Positions 20,801 to 33,928 of a stretch of DNA of 33,928 nt are shown here, one piece after another (positions within the stretch are counted from its first letter, which is position 1; every line of letters begins with the position of its first letter). Under the pieces are notes generated by a model, which searched no databases, had not been told where the DNA came from, and saw nothing but the letters and a program-made list of their open reading frames with translations. The position numbers and the translations under genes are program-made. Origin of the DNA: Aduncisulcus paluster (Eukaryota); assembly GCA_024181965.1 (NCBI GenBank), contig BQXS01012759.1, positions 1 through 33,928 of the forward strand, given 5' to 3'.

Positions 20801-23800
20801 TGGGTATAACACCTCATCAGACCCATTGTGTGACATTTCTGAATATGAACTAGCTTTACTCGGAACAGCAAGTATGACAACATTTTATGTGCCTCTTTCG
20901 AGTCTTCAAGGTCTTCAATATTTGATAAATAGTTATTTCTTTCTCTTTTATTCTGCAAATCACTCATATTCTACAATTTGGCCCTTATCATTTTTGGGAC
21001 AATTGACATATTTGCACCTGTTTTCGATGCCTAATATCCCAATATCAGCTTCAATGCCTTATTTAACACCACTTCATCGTCTAAGATCAATTGCTATTCA
21101 GAATAATCCCTATATTTACGACATTTCCGTCTTCTATCGGAATATCAGAGTTTTTTCATTGGTTATTTCTGATTCGGTCAATTATTTTTATATTCCTCAA
21201 TGTCGATCTGAAACTGATGAGGAATATTGGGATTTTCTTGTTTCCGTTTTCCCAGCACATACATCAACAGATAAAAACACCAAATTTCTCCCGAACAGCT
21301 GTCCCCTTAACTCTGGTGGCAATTCCTGTACCTCGTCTGCATCATGTCCTTCCATTGTGCTGAACGAAGTGTACAACAGTGTTGCCGATGTTCCAGCCAA
21401 AGAATGTGCATTCATTGCCAAACCAAGTGGATCTGGTGATAACCTGACATGCTACACCGTTCATGATGATAATATTCGTCAATACCTTACAGAGCATTGT
21501 CTTTCTGAGACTGACTCTGAAACGAATGGTATCATCAGTGTTGCCACGATGCGTAGTAAGTTGACATGTTCTTCGTTGTCGCTCTCTGAAGTTGTTTCCA
21601 GTTCTTCCTCGTCCGTTTCTACTCTTGATGAGATCACGACTCTTCAGGGTCTTGAGTATGCCCAAGGTACAGATTCAAATGGCGAGTCCATTGGTTTGAC
21701 ATCTCTCAACATTGATGGGTATGACTTGAGTGGAAATATCAATGAGAATGCCGAGTATGATAAGTTAGTTGTTCAGATCTTGGCAAAGGCCGTGACCTAC
21801 GACTCCATCGATTCTGGTCTCACATCTCTCTCTGCGAGCGGGTGTGGATTGAGTGCTGTTAGTGATGTGCTTGATTTCACTCCAAGGGTCGCAAATGACA
21901 CTGCAACTCAATCATTTAAACTAACTTCACTTGACATTTCATACAACTCAATCTCTGATGTTTCTGCACTGATTACATCTCCAATATTCCCTCCTAATAA
22001 TTTAACCTATCTTAATATCAGTGGTAACATTATTTGTGATATTGATAATGTTGCAGTAACACTGCAAGCGTATTTTACAAATTCCGTGATTATCATTTCT
22101 TCAGACCAGTCAACATGTCCGTGTTCGGGTTCAGTTTTATTTCATTCCCACAAAACGTGTCGACAACGCTCTGATGGCGAGTATCAAGTTGAGTGTTGGC
22201 ATGGCTATTACTTGGATAAGAATACAAACACTTGTGTAAAATCATGTCCGAGTGGGTATTCACTTGATCTACCGAATGGTGGTGAATGTGTCTCCGATTC
22301 TGGAGTAACTGAAGATAATTCTGTTCATTGTCAAGTATGTGAAAGGAAAGATAACGATTCTTTGATTTCAATTTACAATAACGATAGTTCGTCTGTCTTG
22401 TGTGGTTTTCCATGTGAATCTGGATGGTATGGAGATGATTGCTCAAGTGAATGCCCAATCAGTGGAGGTGTTGTATGCTCTGGCAATGGAACCTGTAATA
22501 CAATTGATCATGTGTGTGAATGCGATAAATGGCATGATGGATCTGTCTGTTCCAATATGATTTCAATATTCTCCCCTGAATGTGATCGTGCATTCACTTT
22601 CCAAGATCATTTGGAGTGCAATGAGGTATATCCTGGTCGTTATGCAGCCGAGTGTGAAGATGGATATTATTATGATGAAGCTGATTATTCATGTATCCAA
22701 GAAAATAGCTCATCTCAATGTCCAACTAGCATCGATGAGTATCACATGTGTGTTTTCGCGGATGGAGATTCAGCCCCCTCCCTTGGATGTCGGTCAGCTT
22801 GGCATGGGAATGCCTGCGACGAATTATATAATGTGCATATTCCAGACAAGGCGTTTAGAGAAGAAATATGTACAGCTGCCGAATATGCCGATTCGGATTG
22901 TGATGTCACTGAGTTTGAGATGGCTGGAATAAGTGGGCAATTTTACATCCATGATTCGCATATTTCAACAATTCAAGGTGCTCAAAATTTGATAAATGTT
23001 TATTATTTCCACGCAGATAATACTGATATTACAAGTGGAACTCCATTATCAACCCTTGGACAGTCCTCTTGTTTATTTGTTCAAAAGAAATCTGATTCGT
23101 ATGCTTCAAATTTGTTTGATTTGTCATTTTTAATTGGGATTCATCGGTTTGTTTCCGGGATTATGACCGGAAATGATCGAATGTTTGATATTTCGATTCT
23201 ATATCGAAATGCTTCCTTATGGTATGTTGATATTGCAAATCACGATTATCCAATAGCTAGAATTCCACTTTGCCATTTAGAAAGTGATTCTGATTATTGG
23301 TCTTTCATTATTTCAGTATTTCCTGCACATTGTCAAACTGAAAATTATATGAATTATTATTATCTCCCCAATAACTGTCCACTTAACTCTGATCCTGGAA
23401 ACACTCCTTACAACTGTGATTCCTCACTCTATCCTACAAAATGCCCTTCGATTGTCCTGAACGAAGTGTACAACAGTGTCGACGGAGTGAACGAGAAACA
23501 ATGTGCATTCATTGCCAAGGATTCCGATGGCAGGTGTTACACTGTCCATGATGATTCAGTTCGGCAATACTTGGTTGCTAATTGCTTGGCTGGAGGTTCT
23601 GATGATCTTGAACCCAATGGAATCATCAGTGTTGCCACGATGCGAAGTGGTTTGACATGTCCTTCTTCCTCATTGTCCCTTCCAGCCATCGCTACAGCCA
23701 TGTCCTTGAGTTCTGTGAATGATATCTCGACTCTTCAGGGTCTTGAGTATGGAACCTCCCTGACCTCCCTGACTCTCGATGGGTATGACTTGAGTGGCGA

Positions 23801-26800
23801 TATTAACTCCAATGCCGAATNNNNNNNNNNNNNNNNNNNNAATGGAATCATCAGTGTTGCCACGATGCGAAGTGGTTTGACATGTCCTTCTTCCTCATTG
23901 TCCCTTCCAGCCATCGCTACAGCCATGTCCTTGAGTTCTGTGAATGATATCTCGACTCTTCAGGGTCTTGAGTATGGAACCTCCCTGACCTCCCTGACTC
24001 TCGATGGGTATGACTTGAGTGGCGATATTAACTCCAATGCCGAATATGATAGGTTGGTTGTCCAAATCTTGGCAAAGGCCGTGACATTTTCAAATGGTTC
24101 CGGATCTGTAAATTCTGGTCTCGAATCCTTGTTTGCGAGTGGTTGTGGACTGAATGAGGTTAGTGATGTTCTTGACTTGACTCCAATTGCCAATGGAGAT
24201 GAAGGCACAAAGGAATTTAAACTAACTTTTCTTGACCTTTCCAACAATAATATTTCCGATGTCTCAGTTCTCATTACTTCATCTATCTTCCCTTCAGATA
24301 CCCTTACTTTGCTTGATATTAGTGATAACTCGATCTGTGATATTGAAGGAATGTTAAGTGCATTATATACTCATTTTTCATCAACTTCTATCCAAATAAT
24401 TTATTCTAACCAAACTTGCAAATGCTCAGCGCCCGTGTCTTCTTCGTTGCATCAGGTGTGCCGTGAAGTTTATCCAGATCGATGGGATGTTGAGTGCTGG
24501 AATGGATACTATCTTGATGAAGCCAGTGGTGAATGTGTTGCTGTATGTGATAGTGGGTATGTGTTTGATAAGATTGGTGAAACGTGTGAGACTACTACTT
24601 CCCCAGTTGATGATGCCGTTAGAGTCCAAGTATGTGAAGGTCATTCTACAATGAAGCCTGTTTTGAAAATTGATGAGTCATCTATCACATGTGGCTGTCG
24701 ATCTGAATGGTTTGATACTGATTGTGATAAAATGTATCAAGTATATATTCCAGATAGGTTATTCCGAAAGAAGGTTTGTGAATATGCCGGATATGATATT
24801 AATTCTGATCCTTATTGTGATGTTTCAGAGTTTGAGATGGCGGAAATAACAGGAACATTTTATGCAAACGAAAACCATATTTCGACATTCGAAGGTGCTC
24901 AGAATCTCATCAATATATATTACTTCCACGCTGGAAATACTGATATTTTATCAGCCACCCCATTTTCTAGTCTCCCACAATTATTTTGGTTAGATCTCAC
25001 CCAGTGGAGTGATGATTATGCTATTAATATTCTTGATGCCAATTCCTTATATTCTCTTCACCGATTATCTATTTTTGCTATATTTGGGAATGAATCCATC
25101 TATGATTTATCGGTTTTCTTCAAAAATCTAGGGATGACATTATTTTCTCTTGCCAATGAGAATTATGACGATGCAATAATTCCTCTTTGTCGATCTGAAA
25201 CCGATGTGGAATATCAATCATTTATCACATCTGTATTTCCAATTCATACAGATGTTTTAACAACCGTTTCTCTGCCGAACAGCTGTCCCCTTAACTCTGG
25301 TGGCAATTCCTGTACCTCGTCTGCATCATGTCCTTCCATTGTGCTGAACGAAGTGTACAACAGTGTTGCTGATACTCCAGTTAAAGAATGTGCTTTCATT
25401 GCAAAGACGAGTGGCTCTGTTGATGATGGTGATCTCACATGTTATACCATTCATGATGATAATATTCGTGCTTATTTGTCTGATCCCGCCAATGGATGTC
25501 TGATTAGCTCTGATATTGAATCCAATGGGATGATTAGTGTTGCCACATTGAGGAGTTCTCTGTCATGTCCTTCTTCCTCTTTGTCTCTCTCATCCATTGT
25601 AACAGATATGGGCATATCATCTGTGAATTCCATTACGACTCTGCAAGGTCTTGAGTATGCCACTTCACTGACATCTCTCAACATTGATGGGTATGACTTG
25701 AGTGGAGATATCAATGAGAATGCCGAGTATGATAAGTTAGTTGTTCAGATCTTGGCAAAGGCCGTGACCTACGACTCCATCGATTCTGGTCTCACATCTC
25801 TCTCTGCGAGCGGGTGTGGATTGTATGCTGTCAGTGATGTGCTTGATTTGACACCAATTGCCTTTGGTGATGAAGCTACAAAAGGCTTTAAGCTGACCTC
25901 TCTAGATCTTTCCAACAACAATATCTCCGATGTTTCTGTTCTAATCACTTCGTCAATATTCCCTTCTGATAGCTTAACCTTCCTTGATATTAGTGGTAAC
26001 TCAATCTGTGATATTGAAAACGTTGTGTCAACGTTTCAATCGTATTTTACAAATTCTAGTCTTGTAATAGTGTCTGAGGATCAATCTGCATGCCCTTGTT
26101 CTGAAGGATTTGATGTATCATTTTCTGCTCATAAGACTTGTAAGCACCGCTCTGATGAATCCAACCAAGTTGAGTGTTGGCATGGGTATTACTTGGATAA
26201 GAATACAAACACTTGTGTAAAATCATGTCCTAGTGGATATTCGCTGAATGAGACTGATACTACTGGTGAGACATGTATTGAAGATCTTGGTAGTACTGTT
26301 GACAATACCATTCGTTGTCAAGTATGTGAGAGGAAAGATATCTTTGTTCCAATTCTTGATCTCAACACATCAGATATTTCATGTGGGTGTTCATTTGGCT
26401 TCCATGGAGATTCCTGTGAATATGTTGACATTCCCGATTCCAACCTTCGAAGTGCTGTGTGTCTGGCTGTTGTTAATCCAAGTGCTCACGATTCCTCCTG
26501 TGATGATCTGACTCTTTCAGACATGGCAACCGTGACCTCTATTAGTGCTTCCATTGTGGACTCCTTTGAAGGTCTTCAATCTGCTGTGAACCTCACATCT
26601 TTGTCTATCTCTGGCACTTCGTCTAGTTCTGTGTCCATTGGGAATACTGATCTTTCCTTCCTTCCTTTGTCTCTCGTTGAATTGTCTCTTGAGGCTGTCT
26701 ATCTTGATGCTGATAGTGACTTCTCAAATTTTGAAGACCTTACAACACTTTCTTTGAATAACAATCCGACCTATGAGATCACCGAGTCTGGTCTTTTCCC

Positions 26801-29800
26801 TTCAACAACTCTCACTTCTTTCAGTGCCAACAACACTTCAATCTCTCTGTTGTTCCATCTTGTTGCTAGCATGCCCAATCTGACTGAACTATCTCTGAAC
26901 AACAATAATATCTCTGATCCTTCCCCATTGTATGCTTTATCTAATAATTCCTGGAGCAGTCTTGACTTGTCCAATAACTACATCTGTGGTGATGAATTTT
27001 CAACTCAATCTTTCCTTGCAACAAAGTTTTCTACAACAGTGAATGTTGCTGATCAAGTATGTGAATGTTCTGACTCGAATTCTCTTCCAAGTATAATTGA
27101 TAATCTTGTGTGCAGTGAGACTAAACCTGGTTCTGACCACTGGTATGTTGTGTGTGCCAGCAATTCGTATTTCTCGTACACATCTGCTGAGGACTTTACA
27201 TGTACTTCTCCATCCAACCAAGATGGTACATATGGATGTCCTGGAGGATGTGAGTATGGACACGAGTGTAGATTTGCAGAAGGTTCCGACTCAGTTTCTT
27301 GTCATCCTGTAATTGTTGATGAAAATCTGCATACTTGTGTTGCCAAGATGTTCAGGATAGATTCTTTTGAAGATTATACCCACAAGACAATTGGGAATGA
27401 TTTTAGCGTGGCTTCATTAAAAGCACTTGTATCTCAATTTTCAAGTACTACTGGTGTGGCTGATCCTGTTCTCTCTTGTCCTTATGAAATTATCACTATT
27501 TATGGTATTGAACATCTTGCATACGTTTCGTGGATCGATCTATCTTATGCAGAAATCACTGATACAATGGATTTATCTCCATTGACAACATTAACCAATC
27601 TTCAATATTTCTCTTTGACAGGAAATGAAGAATTGAATATCTTACCTGATTTGACTAATCTTGAGATGCTTCAAAAGCTACGTATTGATTCAACATCTAT
27701 TTCCCTTCCATCTGACAGTTTCCTCCTCCCTAGTTCAGTAGAATATCTTAATCTTCTCGATTCTCTTGTGGATCAAGCTGGATTCGAGAAAAATGTTGGT
27801 TATGGACATTTACCTTTGCTTGATTCATTATATTTTGGTGGAACTACTTCGATATCTTCGATCTCTTGTCTCACATCTGGACAAAAAGAGCACATTTCCA
27901 AGCTTAATATACAGAAATATCCCATTTATGATTCTATGAATGATGATATCGCTGAAATGAAGAATTTAAACACATTGTATCTCCAATATGTTGCTTTAGA
28001 AACCATTCCAGACCTCTCCAACAGTGCAGCCACCCTTGTTGAAGTCAGTATCGATCACAATCCAAATCTCACTTCCCTTTTCCCTCTTTCTGAGGCTGGT
28101 CTCGACTCTCTTGAGATTTTGTTAGTTTCAAACTGCAATATCTCTGACTTGTCACCTCTATATAATTTATCCAACCTTTGGGCATTAGATGCATCGTACA
28201 ACAAGATTTGTGTAGGGAGTGAAACTCAATCTTCGATAGATGAAAAGTTCTGTGGGGATTCATTAGATATTAACATAGAGTTTGCATCGCAGACATGTGA
28301 TTCATCCTGCTCTTTGATTGAATACACTTCCTCTTCGACTCCAATATCCGATAACAAGATCTGCAGTGAGACTAAGCCTGGTTCTAGCTCCTGGCATATT
28401 GTATGTGCCAGTGATTCATACACATCATACACAGACGCAGAGACATTTAGCTGTATCCAACCTACATCGGCTTCTAAGAATTGTTCTGGTGGGTGTTCCT
28501 ATGGATATGAATGTAGATATGTTGGAATGGATGAAGACAACGGATTGGAGGGAGAATGTCAACCCGTGATTGTTGATGATGTTTTGCATGCCTGTGTTGC
28601 CGCTATGTTCACCGATTCTGTTCATCGTACAGATGATTCCCTTCCTCTCTTCAGTGTTGCTTCATTGAAAACTCTTGTTGGTGATTATAGCAGTGAAACA
28701 GATACATATTCATATGAACTGTCCTGTACTTCACCTATAGCCGTATTATCTGGAATTGAGCATCTTGTGAACGTGTTAAAAATATCAATTATTAATGCTT
28801 CCCTTCCTGATTCATCTTTGTCTCCAATTTCAACTCTAACGAAATTGGAGTATTTAAATTTGTCAAACAATTCATCGTTGACTTATCTCCCTGATTTTTC
28901 AGATCTTAACCTCAAAAGCCTTGATATTATCAATTCAAACATTATTCTATCAGAAACAACCGAAGCGTCGTCGTTGCTTCCTTCCACTCTAAGATATTTG
29001 GCCATGTATAATACTCCTACAACTCAAGCTGGTTTTAACATTCACGTTTGTGCAAATAATCTTCCAGAATTGAAATATCTCACTTTCGGTAACTACGATT
29101 ACATATCTTCAATTTCTTCAGTTTCATCTGATCTGACAACCCTTGGGATTGGTAACACAACCTCTATTCAAGATCTTCAAGAGAAACTAAACTCAATGGA
29201 ACAATTACAGAAGGTTTATTTTAGAAATATTGATTTAGAAACAATTCCTGATTTTTCAGCTTCAAAAGAGAGCTTAGTTTCACTGACACTCTCATATAAT
29301 TCGAGAATTTCATCTGTCTATCCATTGTTTGAACAAGGATTATCAAATCTAGAGAGTTTTGATTGTTCCCACTGCTCTATTTCAGATCTATCTCCATTGT
29401 ATCCTTTCTCAAAGCTTATGACCATCTCAGTTATTGATAACCGTATCTGTATGGGATCGGAGACCACTGATGTTCTTGCTCAGAAATTCTATAATTATGG
29501 AGAGACTGAATTCTCTCTTGCTTTAGGCGATGACCTTTCAGAAGACCAGACATGCGAAGAGAGTTGTTCCTCTGTTGCCAATCCAATCACCAACAATATC
29601 GTTTGTAGTGAGACTAAACCTGGTTCTGGCATTTGGTTTACCGTTTGTGCCAGTGATTCATACACGTCATACACGTCTGCTGAGGACTTTACTTGTATCT
29701 CCCCTGCTAATGGGGATGGTACTTTTGGATGTACTGGAGGTTGTGAGTATGGGCAAGAGTGTAGATATGATTCAACTTCAAATTCAACATCGTGTCAGCA

Positions 29801-32800
29801 AGTGATAGTTGATGATATACTGCACAATGTTATCTATAGTCTGTTTGGAGGATCCGACTTACATTGTGATACAACAGATCAAACATTCGGTGTTGCTTCT
29901 TTGAAGACTCTCATATCTGTAGAAGATGAAGATGGAAATGTCAGCCCAGAAATTTATTGTAATCTTGGAGATTTAGTGAGTAATTTTTCTGGTATTGAAC
30001 ATGTTGGATTCATTACAAAAATGCAATTTTATCATCTTGATATCTCTGAAACGAAAGATCTTGAACCCCTATCAACACTCTCTAATCTCAATTATCTCTT
30101 TCTGACTGACAACACTCTTGCTGATTCGGTGGACCCGTTTGATTTGCCTGATTTCACAGGTCTTTCTTCCCTTGAAACATTATTTCTCCGAGATATGCCC
30201 TTAACTCTTCCTTCAGATCGGTATGTTCTTCCTTCTACAATTAAAGAATTGAGAATAGTTTGTACTCCTACCGTTCAAGCTGGTTTTGATAAGAATGTTG
30301 GTTACGATTACTTGTCATCTCTTGAATATTTACAATTAGGAGGTGAGAATAATTTGATTACTTCCATTGAATCGTTGTCAAAGGACCAATTGTCAACAAT
30401 TACCGGCTTCCAGTTCGCCGATTATCCCATTTATGATGGATTTAATACTGTAATTTCCGAAATGACAAATTTGGAGTCGTTGTATTTGCGCAATTGTAAT
30501 TTGCAAAATATTCCAGATCTTTCAAAAAGTTCTGCTACTTTGACTGATCTTAACCTCAACTTAAATCATGATATTACTTCTCTTGTTCCATTGTCAACGA
30601 TAGGATTATTTTCTTTGAGTAACATTAGCTTAAGAAGCTGTTCCATTTCTGATCTTTCTCCATTGTATGATTTCCCCAATCCCATTAATATAACATCAAT
30701 TAAAAACAACAAAATATGTATTGGAACAAATTCAACCTCAGATTTAATTGCCAAATTCACACAATCTTCTGTGAGTATTGTATTGGAATCACAGACCTGT
30801 GAATGTTCCTCTGATAGCACTGCAATTGGATACACCGATACCCCGATCACTGACAATATCGTGTGTAGTGAGACTGTACCTGGATCTGGTTCATGGCATT
30901 ATGTGTGTTCCAGCCATAGTATTGCATCATACACATCTGTGAATACCTTCGAGTGTCTAGCTCCACTCAACACAGATGGTGAAACGTATGGATGTTCTGG
31001 AGGTTGTGAGTATGGATATGAATGTAGATATGATGATGAATTAACTCAATCCACCTCTTCATGCTATCCTGTGATTGTTGACGATAACCTAAGACAAACC
31101 ATTATTGACACATTCTTTGATGATTGTTCTCACTATGTTTGCGACGCTGAGGATTCTCTTTTGAGTGTGGCATCTCTTCGAAATATTCCTATTTTTCCTC
31201 CCGCTTTGGAAGGTACTTTTATTCTTTCTTTATCTGGATTGGAACACATTCTTAACCTCCGATCCCTTCAACTTTCACCGGGAGAAGTTTCTTCATTTGC
31301 GCCTTTGTTTAATCTTACAAATCTCCAGGAGCTCTCATTATTATCCGCAACGACTCTATCTGATATATCTTTCATTTGCAATTTCCCCAATCTTGAACTC
31401 CTAAGTGTTGCTGATTCAACAAATGTTAGTGCACTTCCAACGTGTTCTGGGTCAAATGATATATATTCTACATTATATTCCATAGATATCTCAAAAACAT
31501 CAATAATAGACCTCTCCCCTCTTATCCAAAATGGGGATAATAATGTTCTAGAGATATTGTATACTGGGGAGCAATATCAAACAATAACCAATGAAGATAC
31601 TGGAGATACTTCGGTTGAATATTTGGATATCTCTTCCTTCCAAAATTTACCTTCTCTTCGAACTGTTGAACTTGACAATTCAAATATGTCCGAATTAGAC
31701 TTTCAATATTTGTTAGATTTTAATTTCCCTGAATCCATTGATCTTTCTGGAAATTATTTGACTGATGTATCTCCTATATTTCACTACAATCAAACACTTA
31801 CCTCTTTTTCTTTTGATTCGAATGATCTTTGTATTTCATCACAACTTCAAAACTATGTTTTTGAATCATTTTTCCCATTTGCAGACTCCATGACGTATGG
31901 AGACAGTGAATATAGTGAAACAACTGCAAGGTGTTGTGCTTGTGACGATTCTGCGGATTTCTTTATGAATTCAAAATGCGTCAAGGCATGGACATGGACT
32001 GAGCTCGATGATGACGGTTCTATCATAGAATATGAGCATTGGCAAACAGGATGTGTATTTTACAGTTATCTGGACAGCGATGGATCATGCGTATCTTTCC
32101 TCGATTCATCTTCACGAGTCCCACCCGAGAATGTGCCCCCCTGTGTTCTTGAGTCAATACTTGACTCACATGTACAATGTTCAAATCAGGAAGGAACTTT
32201 AACTTCTTGTATCGATGGTTGGTATGGTGAGGATTGTGATCAAGAATGTCCATTGGTCGATTCACAACAATGTGGAGGCTCTGAGTTTGGAACATGCGAA
32301 CTTGCTCTTCATCAATGTATTTGTAATGAAGGATACTTCGGTGATGCATGCGAATACCTTGATTCTGATCTATCTGAATATATCTGTCATGATATTTCGA
32401 ACTCAACAAACAATGTTTCTCTTATTGAAGGTTCTACTGTTATCTGTATTGATGATTCTCTCCTTCTTCTTGATGACATGCAGAATATAGTTTCCCTTGA
32501 TTTGTCTCATTCAAATATCTCCTCCCTTCGTGATCTTCATCGAGCAACAAATCTTGTTGAATTAAACATTCACGGAATGTCTTTTGAGGAAAATGATGAA
32601 AATTCCATTTCATTACTTGAACTCTCTGAGATCCATTCGTTAGTTTCCCTCGATATTGGCTCTACAAATATTGATGTAACATCTGCACTCTCCAATATTC
32701 CATCATCTATTCTATCATTGCACTTGGATTCACTTGATATCGATCCTGATACAGATTTTTCCTCCTTCTCACAGTTGATGACTCTTTCATTGCGATATAA

Positions 32801-33928
32801 TTCAAGATTTTATCTTAGTTCCCCTTCGATGCTCCCTTCCAAAATATCATATCTTGATCTTTCTGGATGTGTTATGTTCGGTGAATATTTAGATGCAATT
32901 TCATCTTTAAGCAATCTTTCTACTCTATTTCTCTCTGATATGAAGCTTGATAACTCCTCAACATTTTCTCTTGCAAAAATATCATCCATTAATTATTTAG
33001 ATCTATCAAATAATGAAATTTCTGACATTTCTTTGTTATTTCAATTACCCGATTTGTTTGAATTAGATATATTGAATAATAAGCTTTGCAATGTGACAAA
33101 TGATACTCTTGTTTCATTTTTCTCACAATCCGATATTTTTATTGATGTTGGGAATGATTCAGGTGATTCTTTCAATCAAGATGAGGAATATTGTCTCCAG
33201 TGTGGAGGTGAATCTGAATCAATTGTTGATCTTTCTTCTTATATCGTTTGTAAAGAGATATGGGCCGATACGTATTCCCTGGATTGTGCCCTTTTCAGTT
33301 ACAAAGATAGTTCAAGTGAATCTGATCTGAATTGTATTGGTTTAGAAGTTGGAACATCTTATTCATGCATTGATGGCATTGAAACAAACTTAAATATGCA
33401 ATGTTTTCGTGAAAATAATATTAACGATATAATTACCGCATGTGTTGAAGGGTGGTATGGCGATGAGTGTCTTGATGAATGTCCACTCCAAGGCACTGAG
33501 GAATGTGGAGGCTCTGGGTATGGAACATGTGACAGTTCAACACATACTTGTGATTGCTCTGTCTCTGGTTTCCATGGTGATTCGTGTCAATATGTCACAT
33601 TCGCTGATTCCCACATTCTCTCTACTCTATGTTCACTTGTTGATGGTCATGACTCCACATGTGACGATCTGACTGATGGTGATCTGACAGAGAGTGATCT
33701 TGCAGGGATTACATTGCCTGATGATGAATGTCTTGATCTGTCCAGTCTTGATATCACTGACTTATCTGGACTTGAATATCTCACGAACATCGCATGCATC
33801 GATCTGAGTGGAAACACTTCCTTGAGTAATATCTCTGTTCTTGACTCCTTGAGTGAGTTTAACCATCTGACTGCTCTGAACATCTCCAATACAGCCGTGG
33901 ATGACTTGACCCAGATCTCATCTTTGTC
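17881..33928 (+). CDS. Giant modular Cys-rich LRR + EGF-like surface protein, 3' partial, at least ~5,170 aa after removing gap overlaps
   Basis: The 17881 ORF reaches the first gap and resumes at 19752 in another frame because of the overlap. That frame was in register at every segment I translated (20820, 22413, 23451, 23841, 24780, 27111, 30864, 33891), and the track lists no terminated ORF in it. Motifs include IPDxxFR/LR caps, LDLSNNNISDVSVL-type LRRs, NxIC C-caps and CxxGWYGxDC EGF-like modules. Confidence 0.9.
19437..20044. other. Scaffold gap (N 19731-19750) with overlap duplication, 19437-19730 = 19751-20044; causes an apparent frameshift
   Basis: An identical 294-bp sequence lies on both sides of the gap. 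Confidence 0.88.
23616..24045. other. Scaffold gap (N 23821-23840) with overlap duplication, 23616-23820 = 23841-24045
   Basis: An identical 205-bp sequence lies on both sides of the gap. Confidence 0.88.
27100..31960 (+). repeat. Four diverged ~1.25-kb coding units (Cys-rich CSETxPGS..W..VC / GGCxYGxECR module plus LRR domain)
   Basis: CSET at 27111, 28362, 29604 and 30864 (spacings 1251, 1242, 1260 nt). Each is followed by VIVD, (F/L)xVASL and GIEH/GLEH motifs and LRRs. Confidence 0.85.

Larger units (their letters stand above)
18500..26400 (+). repeat. Four large coding units in A-B-A-B order, true period 3753 nt (1251 aa)
   Basis: CNEVYPGRYAAEC at 18553 and 22617; HQVCRExYPDRWxVECWNGYY at ~20463 and ~24450; VECWHGYYLDKNTNTC at ~22188 and ~26169. 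Offset 19372 to 23439 is 4067, minus the 314-nt gap artefact. Confidence 0.88.

Noticed and set aside
18500-26400. CRISPR array or diversity-generating retroelement behind the conserved/variable alternation
   Set aside because: The units are kb-scale and coding, differences are not adenine-specific and include indels, and there is no reverse transcriptase or cas gene in the window.
19982-33889. Many 60-130-aa ORFs on both strands, some repeated
   Set aside because: They are shadow frames of the giant + strand gene, and their repetition mirrors its internal repeats.

Overview
Eukaryotic, AT-rich, gene-dense and intron-poor DNA using the standard genetic code. The style suggests a free-living fornicate/metamonad protist such as a Carpediemonas-like organism (inference). 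A central ~17-kb block holds tRNA-Gly(GCC), a 1300-aa coiled-coil protein, an ERK7/MAPK15 kinase, RPS14 with one spliceosomal intron, a Ser-rich single-pass membrane protein, calcineurin A and a stefin-type cystatin. The block is flanked by two divergently oriented paralogues of a giant Cys-rich LRR/EGF surface protein. The ORF track largely misses both because they run off the window. The right copy (17881 to the end) is at least ~5,170 aa once gap overlaps are removed. It is built of tandem units in which highly variable, aromatic-rich LRR blocks alternate with framework blocks that are nearly identical in DNA. Two intergenic segments (6630-6945 and 1749-1955) fold into extensive RNA-like structures that I could not assign to a family. 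Four 20-N scaffold gaps each carry an artefactual overlap duplication.
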